64,000 bases of DNA from Escherichia coli (GTDB lineage: Bacteria; Pseudomonadota; Gammaproteobacteria; Enterobacterales; Enterobacteriaceae). Position 1 is the first letter of the stretch, and each line of letters opens with the position of its first letter. The stretch lies in assembly GCF_013122565.1 (NCBI RefSeq), contig NZ_CP053258.1; one strand, given 5' to 3'. The notes under the pieces were generated by a model that worked only from the letters and a program-made list of their open reading frames with translations, made no database searches and was not told the DNA's origin. This document shows positions 35,305 through 47,396 of this stretch, piece by piece. Both the position numbers and the translations under genes were made by a program.

Positions 35305-35393
35305 CATTCACCGCCAATTTATTGGGCATATTTTTTCCTTAAGTTTTAGGAATTTTTTATTATTTACTTTGGGGCCTGGAGACAGGAAAAATT

Positions 35394-36779
35394 ATGCTGA
35401 CATTCATTGAACTCCTTATTGGGGTTGTGGTTATTGTGGGTGTAGCTCGCTACATCATTAAAGGGTATTCCGCCACTGGTGTGTTATTTGTCGGTGGCCT
35501 GTTATTGCTGATTATCAGTGCCATTATGGGGCACAAAGTGTTACCGTCCAGCCAGGCTTCAACAGGCTACAGCGCCACGGATATCGTTGAATACGTTAAA
35601 ATATTGCTAATGAGCCGCGGCGGCGACCTCGGCATGATGATTATGATGCTGTGTGGCTTTGCCGCTTACATGACCCATATCGGCGCGAATGATATGGTGG
35701 TCAAGCTGGCGTCAAAACCATTGCAGTATATTAACTCCCCTTACCTGCTGATGATTGCCGCCTATTTTGTTGCCTGTCTGATGTCTTTGGCCGTCTCTTC
35801 CGCAACCGGTCTGGGCGTTTTGCTGATGGCTACTCTGTTTCCGGTGATGGTAAACGTTGGTATCAGTCGTGGCGCAGCAGCTGCCATTTGTGCCTCCCCG
35901 GCGGCGATTATTCTCGCACCGACTTCAGGGGATGTGGTGCTGGCGGCACAGGCTTCCGAAATGTCGCTGATTGACTTCGCCTTCAAAACGACGCTGCCTA
36001 TCTCAATTGCTGCAATTATCGGCATGGCGATCGCCCACTTCTTCTGGCAACGTTATCTGGATAAAAAAGAGCACATTTCTCATGAAATGTTAGATGTCAG
36101 TGAAATCACCACCACTGCTCCTGCGTTTTATGCCATTTTGCCGTTCACGCCGATCATCGGTGTACTGATTTTTGACGGTAAATGGGGTCCGCAATTACAC
36201 ATCATCACTATTCTGGTGATTTGTATGCTGATTGCCTCCATTCTGGAGTTTCTCCGCAGCTTTAATACCCAGAAAGTTTTCTCTGGTCTGGAAGTGGCTT
36301 ATCGCGGGATGGCAGATGCGTTTGCTAACGTGGTGATGCTGCTGGTTGCCGCTGGGGTATTCGCTCAGGGGCTTAGCACCATCGGCTTTATTCAAAGTCT
36401 GATTTCTATCGCTACCTCGTTTGGTTCGGCGAGTATCATCCTGATGCTGGTATTGGTGATTCTGACAATGCTGGCGGCAGTCACGACCGGTTCAGGCAAT
36501 GCGCCGTTTTATGCGTTTGTTGAGATGATCCCGAAACTGGCGCACTCTTCCGGCATTAACCCGGCGTATTTGACTATCCCGATGCTGCAGGCGTCAAACC
36601 TGGGCCGTACCCTTTCGCCCGTTTCTGGCGTAGTCGTTGCGGTTGCCGGGATGGCGAAAATCTCACCATTTGAAGTCGTAAAACGCACCTCGGTGCCGGT
36701 GCTTGTTGGGCTGGTGATTGTTATCGTTGCTACAGAGCTGATGGTGCCAGGAACGGCAGCAGCGGTCACAGGCAAGTAA
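35394..36779 (+). CDS. dcuC: Anaerobic C4-dicarboxylate transporter DcuC, 461 aa
   Basis: Polytopic membrane protein; recognised sequence. Confidence 0.9.
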   Translation: MLTFIELLIGVVVIVGVARYIIKGYSATGVLFVGGLLLLIISAIMGHKVLPSSQASTGYSATDIVEYVKILLMSRGGDLGMMIMMLCGFAAYMTHIGANDMVVKLASKPLQYINSPYLLMIAAYFVACLMSLAVSSATGLGVLLMATLFPVMVNVGISRGAAAAICASPAAIILAPTSGDVVLAAQASEMSLIDFAFKTTLPISIAAIIGMAIAHFFWQRYLDKKEHISHEMLDVSEITTTAPAFYAILPFTPIIGVLIFDGKWGPQLHIITILVICMLIASILEFLRSFNTQKVFSGLEVAYRGMADAFANVVMLLVAAGVFAQGLSTIGFIQSLISIATSFGSASIILMLVLVILTMLAAVTTGSGNAPFYAFVEMIPKLAHSSGINPAYLTIPMLQASNLGRTLSPVSGVVVAVAGMAKISPFEVVKRTSVPVLVGLVIVIVATELMVPGTAAAVTGK

Positions 36780-36787
36780 ATAGTAAT

Positions 36788-36815
36788 GCCGGAGGCAAGT
36801 TTCCTCCGGCTTTAT
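36788..36815 (+). terminator. Hairpin after dcuC between convergent dcuC and dpiA
   Basis: GCCGGAGG-N7-CCTCCGGC stem then TTTAT. Confidence 0.45.
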
Positions 36816-36819
36816 CATG

Positions 36820-37500
36820 TCACCCACTGTGGTATATGCGTTGCGGTCTGCCAACTTTGCCGTGAACAATTTCAGCAATAATCAGATGGCGGCTGGCGCA
36901 ATATTCAAGATAACGCCTGGCAGTGGTGCGGCTGATGGTCAATGCCTGCGCCACCGTTTCTGCCGTATGTTGCACACCAGGCTCTTTGAACAATTTTCGC
37001 ACCGCGTTTAGCGTCAAGGGGTCAATGCCGGTCGGCAGTTCGTCTTTGGGTTCACCACGAGCATAGGCATTAAACATCTCATCAATTTGCTTCTGGCTGG
37101 CGCTATCAATACTTTCCAGCATATGTTTACGCTGGCGGAAACGGGTTAGCGTTTGCCCCAGCCGTTCATAGGCAATTGGCTTGATGAGATAATCAAATAC
37201 ACCACAACGTACGGCTTCAGACACCGTTTCCATATCGCTGGCTGCAGTGGTAAACACCACGTCGCCGGGATAATGCGCCTGCACCAGTTCATGCAGTAAA
37301 TTAATCCCTCTACCGTCAGGAAGATAGTTATCGAGCAAGATTAGCCCCGGCTTAAAACGCTCGATCATCATTCGGGCCTGCGCCAGGTTTCCCGCCAGTA
37401 ATATCTGACTGAATCCGGGAATGTGACGAATATATTCCGCATGCATCTCTGCCAGCGGCGTTTCGTCCTCAACGATCAATAGGGTTAATGGAGCTGTCAT
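36820..37500 (-). CDS. dpiA: Two-component response regulator DpiA (CitB), 226 aa
   Basis: Receiver domain (LIVEDE…, LLDNYLPDG) plus C-terminal HTH; overlaps dpiB 3' end. Confidence 0.9.
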   Translation of the reverse strand: MTAPLTLLIVEDETPLAEMHAEYIRHIPGFSQILLAGNLAQARMMIERFKPGLILLDNYLPDGRGINLLHELVQAHYPGDVVFTTAASDMETVSEAVRCGVFDYLIKPIAYERLGQTLTRFRQRKHMLESIDSASQKQIDEMFNAYARGEPKDELPTGIDPLTLNAVRKLFKEPGVQHTAETVAQALTISRTTARRYLEYCASRHLIIAEIVHGKVGRPQRIYHSG

Positions 37501-39127
37501 TAGGTTTCACTTTCGGAATATAGATTGAAAATAAGGTACCGCAGGGATCATTATCTTCGAGAGTGATAACACCACCGCAGCGCGTTACGTAGCTGGCAAT
37601 CAAGTACAACCCAATGCCATGTTCACCGGGCTCGTCAGCACGCGTACTGACCCCCTGCTCAAATATTTTGTCTCGTAGAGACTCTGGAACGCCGCAGCCC
37701 TGATCGGCGACTTCAATCACCACATCATCGCCTTCATCGCTGAGGAATAATTCAACGATCTTGTTTCCTTCATCGCTACGCAGGCTGGCTTCGAAGGCGT
37801 TATCAAGTAAATTGCCCACAATGGCGGCAAACTCGGTGCTATCCAGTCCTGGCGGCAGTTGCGAAAGCTGGCTACCGGGGACGATGATCATTTTTAGCCC
37901 CAGTTCCCGGGCGCGCTGCACTTTACCAAAAAGCAGCCCCGCCACCTGGCGATCGGCAAACGCCTCGCGCAGGCTGTCAATAAGCTGTTGCTGTGCCTGA
38001 GACTCCCCCTGCACCATCGCCAGCACGCGATCATACTCTTTCATCTGCAACAGACCATTGAGCGTCGACATCCAATTGAGATGCTCGTGTCGCAATGTAC
38101 GAAGGCTCTCGACGTATTGTTTTATTTGCGTCAGTTGCGCATTGAGGGTGGAAATTTCGTCTTTACTACGAAAGCTGATAATGGCCCCCAGCAAATCATC
38201 ACCTGAACGAATAGCTTCCCGATTGGCAATAACGCTCAGACCGTTAAAGTTAGCCACCACATCCTGACGTTTTTCATCAATCTGTTCGGTAAAGAAATCG
38301 GCGGGCCTGACCACTTCAGCAATGGGTTTACCCAACCATTGCCGTCCGGGGGAACTCAGCCCCAGCATCTTTCTTGCGTTACGATTGATGGCGGTAATGT
38401 AACCGTGCGGATCCACCGCAATCAGCCCTTCATAAACCGAACTAAATAGCGCCTCTTGCTGACGGACCACGCGTGCGATTTGCTTTGGCTCCATGCCCAT
38501 CATCTGCCGACGGATATGCGCGGCCAGGAACCACGACAGCAACATCAGAATCCCTAACAGCACGACAAACACACCTGCCATTGGTAATAAAAACTCAGCC
38601 CGCCAGCTATCGATTTTACTCACCAGGTAGCCAATCGACACCACGCCGATGACTTTTCCATCGTCATCAAAAATTGGCGTTTTGGCGCGCATCGCCATGC
38701 CCATTGACCCTTTCCCGGTAATGAAGTAGCTCTCCCCTTTCTCCAGCGCGCCCTGTTTGGTGAACTGCATAGGATGACCAATTTTCTCCGGATTAGGATG
38801 GTAAAGGCGGATCGAGTGCCGGTCGCCAATCACCACATAATCAAAATCGGTATCTCTTTGTAATTTGTTAGCGATGGTCGCCAGCCGTTTGTAGTCACGC
38901 GTTTTTACTGCGCTGATGATACTGTCATTAGAAGCAATAATTTTCGCCTGATTCATTGCCATGTCGCGTACATGAAGCGTTAAATAGTCCTCAAAACTGG
39001 CCGTAAAATATTGCGCCAGGGCTGCAATGACAAATATTGAGAACACCAGAATCAGCAAAAAGATACGCAGCGGAAATGCCAGTCTTTGGAAAAATGCAAA
39101 CTGTTTATTCTCGTTAAGCTGCAACAT
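37469..39127 (-). CDS. dpiB: Sensor histidine kinase DpiB (CitA), 552 aa
   Basis: Start at internal ATG 39127; two TM segments flanking periplasmic domain; H-box (RHEHLNWMSTL) and G-box (DQGCGVP). Confidence 0.9.
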   Translation of the reverse strand: MLQLNENKQFAFFQRLAFPLRIFLLILVFSIFVIAALAQYFTASFEDYLTLHVRDMAMNQAKIIASNDSIISAVKTRDYKRLATIANKLQRDTDFDYVVIGDRHSIRLYHPNPEKIGHPMQFTKQGALEKGESYFITGKGSMGMAMRAKTPIFDDDGKVIGVVSIGYLVSKIDSWRAEFLLPMAGVFVVLLGILMLLSWFLAAHIRRQMMGMEPKQIARVVRQQEALFSSVYEGLIAVDPHGYITAINRNARKMLGLSSPGRQWLGKPIAEVVRPADFFTEQIDEKRQDVVANFNGLSVIANREAIRSGDDLLGAIISFRSKDEISTLNAQLTQIKQYVESLRTLRHEHLNWMSTLNGLLQMKEYDRVLAMVQGESQAQQQLIDSLREAFADRQVAGLLFGKVQRARELGLKMIIVPGSQLSQLPPGLDSTEFAAIVGNLLDNAFEASLRSDEGNKIVELFLSDEGDDVVIEVADQGCGVPESLRDKIFEQGVSTRADEPGEHGIGLYLIASYVTRCGGVITLEDNDPCGTLFSIYIPKVKPNDSSINPIDR

Positions 39128-39507
39128 TGTTTTCCTTGCGGGTTGTCCCGAACCTCTTTGACGGATGTAATTAAAATGTTGAATCAAAATACATAGATAT
39201 TAATTATGATCGTGGCAAATTTTATTCATTAAATCAATTAAATCACTTAAACCTGCGGGTCATTTCGCAATTACATTAATTAAAAAACTTAAAACCATTA
39301 AATAAATAAAAAACCACTAACTCTATGTGAAATAAATCAAAATTTCACGCCGAAATACTCCTTAGGATGTATAGCGAAAGGAGAAAAAGATATACCTCGA
39401 TCGCCCTCCCTTTCTCCCAAGTGAAAATAAAAGGTTATCAGTTTGCAACATTGAACAACATTCGTTGCAAATCGATAACAATATGCACCTTCAGGATACT
39501 ATTTATT
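39128..39507. promoter_or_regulatory. Divergent dpiB / citC control region (AT-rich)
   Basis: 380-bp AT-rich spacer between divergent starts; contains palindrome at 39443-39470. Confidence 0.5.
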
Positions 39508-40566
39508 ATGTTCGGCAATGATATTTTCACCCGCGTAAAACGTTCAGAAAATAAAAAAATGGCGGAAATCGCCCAATTCCTGCATGAAAATGATTTGAGC
39601 GTTGACACCACAGTCGAAGTATTTATTACCGTAACCCGCGATGAAAAGCTTATCGCGTGCGGTGGAATTGCCGGAAATATTATTAAATGCGTTGCTATCA
39701 GTGAATCCGTTCGCGGTGAAGGACTGGCGCTAACATTAGCCACTGAATTGATAAACCTCGCCTATGAGCGGCACAGCACGCATCTGTTTATTTATACCAA
39801 AACCGAATACGAGGCGCTGTTCCGCCAGTGCGGTTTTTCCACGCTGACCAGCGTACCTGGCGTGATGGTGCTGATGGAAAACAGCGCCACGCGACTGAAA
39901 CGCTATGCCGAATCGCTGAAAAAATTTCGTCATCCAGGGAACAAGATTGGCTGCATTGTGATGAACGCCAATCCCTTTACGAATGGTCACCGTTATCTGA
40001 TTCAACAGGCTGCGGCACAGTGCGACTGGTTGCATCTGTTTTTAGTCAAAGAAGATTCTTCACGCTTCCCCTATGAAGACCGGCTGGATCTGGTGTTAAA
40101 AGGCACCGCCGATATTCCACGTCTGACTGTGCATCGCGGCTCCGAATACATCATCTCCCGCGCTACGTTCCCTTGCTACTTCATTAAAGAACAGAGCGTC
40201 ATTAACCATTGTTACACCGAAATTGATCTGAAGATTTTCCGTCAGTACCTCGCTCCCGCGCTGGGTGTAACTCACCGCTTTGTCGGTACTGAACCCTTTT
40301 GTCGCGTTACCGCCCAGTACAACCAGGATATGCGCTACTGGCTGGAAACGCCGACTATCTCCGCACCGCCCATCGAACTGGTTGAAATTGAGCGGCTGCG
40401 TTACCAGGAGATGCCGATATCCGCTTCCCGGGTACGTCAACTGCTGGCGAAAAACGATCTCACGGCTATCGCGCCGCTGGTCCCTGCAGTCACGCTGCAT
40501 TATTTGCAGAACCTGCTTGAGCACTCCCGCCAGGACGCGGCAGCTCGTCAAAAGACCCCCGCATGA
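39508..40566 (+). CDS. citC: [Citrate (pro-3S)-lyase] ligase CitC, 352 aa
   Basis: Start at internal ATG 39508; N-terminal GNAT-like plus nucleotidyltransferase-like region; first gene of cit operon. Confidence 0.85.
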   Translation: MFGNDIFTRVKRSENKKMAEIAQFLHENDLSVDTTVEVFITVTRDEKLIACGGIAGNIIKCVAISESVRGEGLALTLATELINLAYERHSTHLFIYTKTEYEALFRQCGFSTLTSVPGVMVLMENSATRLKRYAESLKKFRHPGNKIGCIVMNANPFTNGHRYLIQQAAAQCDWLHLFLVKEDSSRFPYEDRLDLVLKGTADIPRLTVHRGSEYIISRATFPCYFIKEQSVINHCYTEIDLKIFRQYLAPALGVTHRFVGTEPFCRVTAQYNQDMRYWLETPTISAPPIELVEIERLRYQEMPISASRVRQLLAKNDLTAIAPLVPAVTLHYLQNLLEHSRQDAAARQKTPA

Positions 40567-40580
40567 GAAACAGGTGAAAA

Positions 40581-40877
40581 ATGAAAATAAACCAGCCCGC
40601 CGTTGCAGGCACCCTTGAGTCTGGGGATGTGATGATACGCATCGCCCCACTCGATACGCAGGATATCGACCTGCAAATCAACAGCAGCGTTGAGAAACAG
40701 TTTGGCGATGCAATTCGCACCACCATTCTGGACGTTCTCGCCCGCTACAACGTGCGCGGCGTACAGCTGAATGTCGATGACAAAGGCGCACTGGACTGCA
40801 TTTTACGTGCACGACTGGAAGCCCTGCTGGCACGCGCCAGCGGTATCCCGGCTCTGCCATGGGAGGATTGCCAATGA
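40581..40877 (+). CDS. citD: Citrate lyase acyl carrier (gamma) subunit CitD, 98 aa
   Basis: ORF 40581..40877; recognised sequence. Confidence 0.9.
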
Positions 40878-41782
40878 TTTCCGCTTCGCTGCAACAACGT
40901 AAAACTCGCACCCGCCGCAGCATGTTGTTTGTGCCTGGTGCCAATGCCGCGATGGTCAGCAACTCCTTCATCTACCCGGCTGATGCCCTGATGTTTGACC
41001 TCGAAGACTCCGTGGCATTACGTGAAAAAGACACCGCCCGCCGCATGGTTTATCACGCGCTGCAACATCCGCTGTATCGCGATATTGAAACCATTGTGCG
41101 TGTCAACGCGCTGGATTCCGAATGGGGTGTTAACGACCTGGAAGCCGTCGTTCGCGGTGGTGCGGACGTTGTGCGTCTGCCGAAAACCGATACCGCTCAG
41201 GATGTTCTGGATATCGAAAAAGAGATCCTGCGTATCGAAAAAGCCTGTGGTCGTGAACCCGGCAGCACCGGCCTGCTGGCGGCGATTGAATCTCCGCTGG
41301 GCATTACCCGCGCAGTGGAAATCGCTCACGCTTCCGAGCGTTTGATCGGTATCGCCCTCGGTGCAGAAGACTATGTGCGCAACCTGCGTACAGAACGCTC
41401 CCCGGAAGGAACTGAACTGCTGTTCGCTCGCTGCTCCATTTTGCAGGCCGCGCGCTCTGCGGGTATTCAGGCGTTCGATACCGTCTATTCCGACGCTAAC
41501 AACGAAGCCGGATTCCTGCAAGAAGCCGCCCACATCAAACAGCTGGGATTTGACGGCAAATCGCTGATCAACCCGCGTCAGATTGATCTGCTGCACAACC
41601 TCTACGCACCAACCCAGAAAGAAGTGGATCACGCCCGCCGCGTCGTAGAAGCCGCTGAAGCCGCCGCTCGCGAAGGCCTCGGCGTGGTTTCCCTGAACGG
41701 CAAGATGGTGGACGGTCCGGTTATCGATCGCGCCCGTCTGGTGCTCTCCCGTGCAGAACTTTCCGGCATCCGCGAAGAATAA
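40874..41782 (+). CDS. citE: Citrate lyase beta subunit CitE, 302 aa
   Basis: ATG at 40874 overlapping citD stop (ATGA); HpcH/CitE aldolase-family sequence. Confidence 0.9.
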
Positions 41783-41792
41783 GGCAATCAAA

Positions 41793-43325
41793 ATGACGCA
41801 GAAAATTGAACAATCTCAACGACAAGAACGGGTAGCGGCCTGGAATCGTCGCGCTGAATGCGATCTTGCCGCTTTCCAGAACTCGCCAAAGCAAACCTAC
41901 CAGGCTGAAAAAGCGCGCGATCGCAAACTGTGCGCCAACCTGGAAGAAGCGATTCGTCGCTCTGGTTTACAGGACGGCATGACGGTTTCCTTCCATCACG
42001 CTTTCCGTGGCGGTGACCTGACCGTCAATATGGTGATGGACGTCATCGCAAAGATGGGCTTTAAAAACCTGACCCTGGCGTCCAGCTCCCTGAGTGATTG
42101 CCATGCGCCGCTGGTAGAACACATTCGCCAGGGCGTGGTTACCCGCATTTATACCTCCGGCCTGCGTGGTCCACTGGCGGAAGAGATCTCCCGTGGTCTG
42201 CTGGCAGAACCGGTGCAAATCCACTCTCACGGCGGACGTGTGCATCTGGTACAGAGCGGCGAATTGAATATCGACGTGGCTTTCCTCGGCGTCCCGTCCT
42301 GTGATGAATTCGGTAATGCCAACGGCTACACCGGTAAAGCCTGCTGCGGCTCCCTCGGTTATGCAATGGTTGATGCCGACAACGCAAAACAGGTCGTGAT
42401 GCTTACCGAAGAACTGCTGCCTTATCCGCATAATCCGGCAAGCATTGAGCAAGATCAGGTTGATTTGATCGTCAAAGTTGACCGCGTTGGCGATGCCGCG
42501 AAAATCGGCGCTGGCGCGACCCGTATGACCACTAACCCACGCGAACTGCTTATTGCCCGTAGCGCTGCGGATGTGATTGTCAACTCTGGCTACTTCAAAG
42601 AAGGTTTCTCCATGCAAACCGGTACCGGTGGCGCGTCGCTTGCGGTAACCCGTTTCCTGGAAGACAAAATGCGTAGCCGCGATATTCGCGCCGACTTCGC
42701 CCTCGGCGGTATTACCGCGACGATGGTTGATCTGCACGAAAAAGGTCTGATCCGCAAACTGCTGGATGTGCAGAGCTTTGACAGCCATGCTGCGCAATCG
42801 CTGGCCCGTAACCCCAATCACATCGAAATCAGCGCCAACCAGTACGCTAATTGGGGTTCGAAAGGCGCATCGGTTGATCGTCTCGACGTGGTGGTACTGA
42901 GCGCGCTGGAAATTGACACCCAGTTCAACGTTAACGTACTGACCGGCTCTGACGGCGTACTGCGCGGCGCTTCCGGTGGTCACTGCGATACCGCGATTGC
43001 CTCTGCGCTTTCCATCATCGTCGCGCCGCTGGTACGCGGTCGTATTCCGACTCTGGTGGATAACGTGCTGACCTGCATCACCCCGGGCTCCAGTGTCGAT
43101 ATTCTGGTCACAGACCACGGTATCGCAGTTAACCCGGCACGTCCGGAACTAGCAGAACGTCTGCAGGAAGCGGGCATTAAAGTGGTTTCCATTGAGTGGC
43201 TGCGCGAACGTGCGCGTCTGCTGACCGGTGAACCACAGCCGATTGAATTCACCGACCGCGTCGTTGCCGTTGTGCGTTACCGCGATGGCTCGGTGATCGA
43301 TGTTGTGCATCAGGTGAAGGAATAA
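41793..43325 (+). CDS. citF: Citrate lyase alpha subunit CitF, 510 aa
   Basis: ATG at 41793 with AAGG upstream; recognised sequence. Confidence 0.9.
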   Translation: MTQKIEQSQRQERVAAWNRRAECDLAAFQNSPKQTYQAEKARDRKLCANLEEAIRRSGLQDGMTVSFHHAFRGGDLTVNMVMDVIAKMGFKNLTLASSSLSDCHAPLVEHIRQGVVTRIYTSGLRGPLAEEISRGLLAEPVQIHSHGGRVHLVQSGELNIDVAFLGVPSCDEFGNANGYTGKACCGSLGYAMVDADNAKQVVMLTEELLPYPHNPASIEQDQVDLIVKVDRVGDAAKIGAGATRMTTNPRELLIARSAADVIVNSGYFKEGFSMQTGTGGASLAVTRFLEDKMRSRDIRADFALGGITATMVDLHEKGLIRKLLDVQSFDSHAAQSLARNPNHIEISANQYANWGSKGASVDRLDVVVLSALEIDTQFNVNVLTGSDGVLRGASGGHCDTAIASALSIIVAPLVRGRIPTLVDNVLTCITPGSSVDILVTDHGIAVNPARPELAERLQEAGIKVVSIEWLRERARLLTGEPQPIEFTDRVVAVVRYRDGSVIDVVHQVKE

Positions 43326-43328
43326 GCC

Positions 43329-44733
<1,405 letters not shown>

Positions 44734-44783
44734 TTATTTAAGCACTTGATAAATTTGGAAATATTAATTTTCGGAGAACCCGT

Positions 44784-46247
44784 ATGTCTTTAGCAAAAGA
44801 TAATATATGGAAACTATTGGCCCCACTGGTGGTGATGGGTGTCATGTTTCTTATCCCTGTCCCCGACGGTATGCCGCCGCAGGCATGGCATTACTTCGCT
44901 GTGTTTGTGGCAATGATTGTCGGCATGATCCTCGAGCCAATTCCGGCAACAGCGATCAGTTTTATTGCGGTTACTATTTGCGTTATTGGCAGTAATTACC
45001 TGCTCTTTGATGCCAAAGAATTAGCTGACCCAGCGTTTAATGCGCAAAAACAGGCACTGAAATGGGGTCTGGCTGGTTTTTCCAGCACCACGGTATGGCT
45101 GGTATTTGGCGCATTTATTTTTGCATTAGGGTATGAAGTTTCCGGGTTAGGTCGTCGCATTGCCCTTTTCCTGGTGAAATTCATGGGCAAACGCACGCTG
45201 ACGTTGGGTTATGCGATTGTCATTATCGACATTCTGCTGGCACCGTTTACACCGTCCAACACCGCGCGTACCGGGGGTACGGTTTTTCCGGTCATTAAAA
45301 ACCTGCCGCCGCTGTTTAAATCATTCCCGAACGATCCGTCCGCGCGTCGTATTGGCGGCTATTTAATGTGGATGATGGTCATTAGTACCAGTCTGAGTTC
45401 GTCTATGTTTGTCACCGGTGCGGCACCAAACGTGCTGGGTCTGGAGTTCGTCAGCAAAATTGCCGGTATCCAGATTAGCTGGTTGCAGTGGTTCCTCTGC
45501 TTCCTGCCGGTTGGGGTTATCTTGCTTATCATTGCGCCGTGGCTTTCCTACGTGCTGTACAAACCGGAAATCACACACAGTGAAGAAGTGGCAACCTGGG
45601 CGGGTGATGAACTAAAAACCATGGGGGCGCTGACACGCAGAGAGTGGACGCTGATTGGCCTTGTATTGCTCAGCTTAGGTTTGTGGGTATTTGGCAGTGA
45701 AGTCATTAATGCTACTGCGGTTGGTCTGCTGGCAGTTTCGCTAATGCTGGCCCTGCACGTTGTGCCGTGGAAAGACATTACCCGTTATAACAGCGCATGG
45801 AACACGCTGGTCAACCTGGCAACTCTGGTTGTGATGGCTAACGGCCTGACTCGTTCTGGTTTTATTGACTGGTTCGCCGGTACCATGAGTACGCACCTGG
45901 AAGGATTCTCACCAAACGCAACGGTGATTGTACTGGTTCTGGTGTTCTACTTTGCACACTACCTGTTTGCCAGCCTGTCTGCGCACACCGCAACCATGCT
46001 GCCGGTTATTCTGGCCGTCGGTAAAGGTATTCCGGGCGTACCAATGGAACAACTGTGTATCCTGCTGGTGCTGTCTATCGGTATCATGGGCTGTCTGACG
46101 CCGTATGCAACCGGTCCTGGGGTGATTATTTATGGCTGTGGCTATGTGAAATCAAAAGATTACTGGCGTCTTGGCGCAATCTTCGGGGTGATTTACATCT
46201 CTATGTTGCTGTTGGTTGGCTGGCCGATTCTCGCCATGTGGAACTAA
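44784..46247 (+). CDS. citT: Citrate/succinate antiporter CitT, 487 aa
   Basis: Polytopic membrane protein; follows citG. Confidence 0.9.
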   Translation: MSLAKDNIWKLLAPLVVMGVMFLIPVPDGMPPQAWHYFAVFVAMIVGMILEPIPATAISFIAVTICVIGSNYLLFDAKELADPAFNAQKQALKWGLAGFSSTTVWLVFGAFIFALGYEVSGLGRRIALFLVKFMGKRTLTLGYAIVIIDILLAPFTPSNTARTGGTVFPVIKNLPPLFKSFPNDPSARRIGGYLMWMMVISTSLSSSMFVTGAAPNVLGLEFVSKIAGIQISWLQWFLCFLPVGVILLIIAPWLSYVLYKPEITHSEEVATWAGDELKTMGALTRREWTLIGLVLLSLGLWVFGSEVINATAVGLLAVSLMLALHVVPWKDITRYNSAWNTLVNLATLVVMANGLTRSGFIDWFAGTMSTHLEGFSPNATVIVLVLVFYFAHYLFASLSAHTATMLPVILAVGKGIPGVPMEQLCILLVLSIGIMGCLTPYATGPGVIIYGCGYVKSKDYWRLGAIFGVIYISMLLLVGWPILAMWN

Positions 46248-46278
46248 TACGTTCGCCAAACGCTGAATAAATCATCAC

Positions 46279-46312
46279 GCCCGCCAGGTAAGCCCACCTG
46301 GCGGGCTTTTTT
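46279..46312 (+). terminator. Strong intrinsic terminator after citT
   Basis: GCCCGCCAGG-N8-CCTGGCGGGC perfect 10-bp stem followed by TTTTTT. Confidence 0.75.
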
Positions 46313-46360
46313 ATGATTTAATAGATAGTATTCAGTGTATGTATGAGTTCCACACCCATT

Positions 46361-47167
46361 ATGAAAGCATTCTGGCGTAACGCCGCGTTGCTCGCGGTTT
46401 CTCTGCTTCCCTTCTCTTCTGCCAACGCCGTGGCGTTGCAGGCAAAACAGTATGGCGATTTTGATCGCTATGTCCTTGCCCTCTCCTGGCAAACCGGATT
46501 TTGCCAGAGTCAACACGATCGAAATCGTAACGAACGAGATGAATGTCGCCTGCAAACCGAAACGACCAACAAAACTGATTTTCTGACCGTACATGGTCTG
46601 TGGCCAGGATTGCCTAAATCGGTTGCTGCCCGTGGTGTTGATGAACGCCGCTGGATGCGCTTCGGTTGCGCTACTCGCCCAATCCCAAATCTGCCAGAAG
46701 CGCGCGCCAGCCGGATGTGTTCATCGCCGGAAACCGGGTTATCACTGGAAACGGCAGCTAAACTAAGTGAAGTCATGCCAGGAGCTGGCGGACGTTCCTG
46801 CCTGGAACGCTACGAATATGCCAAACACGGTGCCTGCTTTGGTTTTGATCCGGACGCATACTTCGGTACGATGGTACGCCTGAATCAAGAAATTAAAGAG
46901 AGCGAAGCCGGAAAATTCCTTGCGGATAATTACGGTAAAACAGTGAGCCGCCGTGACTTTGACGCCGCCTTTGCCAAAAGCTGGGGAAAAGAGAACGTGA
47001 AAGCAGTTAAGCTAACGTGCCAGGGTAACCCTGCGTATTTGACTGAAATTCAGATCTCGATCAAAGCTGACGCCATCAACGCTCCGCTTTCTGCAAACTC
47101 ATTCTTGCCACAACCACACCCAGGCAACTGTGGCAAAACCTTTGTGATTGATAAAGTGGGTTATTAA
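46361..47167 (+). CDS. rna: Periplasmic RNase I (RNase T2 family), 268 aa
   Basis: Start at internal ATG 46361; signal peptide; CAS motifs (FTVHGLWPG, YAKHGACFG). Confidence 0.9.
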   Translation: MKAFWRNAALLAVSLLPFSSANAVALQAKQYGDFDRYVLALSWQTGFCQSQHDRNRNERDECRLQTETTNKTDFLTVHGLWPGLPKSVAARGVDERRWMRFGCATRPIPNLPEARASRMCSSPETGLSLETAAKLSEVMPGAGGRSCLERYEYAKHGACFGFDPDAYFGTMVRLNQEIKESEAGKFLADNYGKTVSRRDFDAAFAKSWGKENVKAVKLTCQGNPAYLTEIQISIKADAINAPLSANSFLPQPHPGNCGKTFVIDKVGY

Positions 47168-47396
47168 TCATCTGATTTACAAAACACGCTAATTCGTCTC
47201 CCATAAACCATGACGATTAAGATTTATACATAATGCGCTGCATTGAGGAATTCCCTGAATGTGACGCAAATCACTTCAAAGAGTGAGCAACAGTCAGTAT
47301 CATCATGTGAGTTAAACCCTCGCCGCCTGACGGTGAGGGTTTTCTTTTGGGTATGTTTATCTGCGACACTCGCAGTACCGACGACATGGAGTAAAA

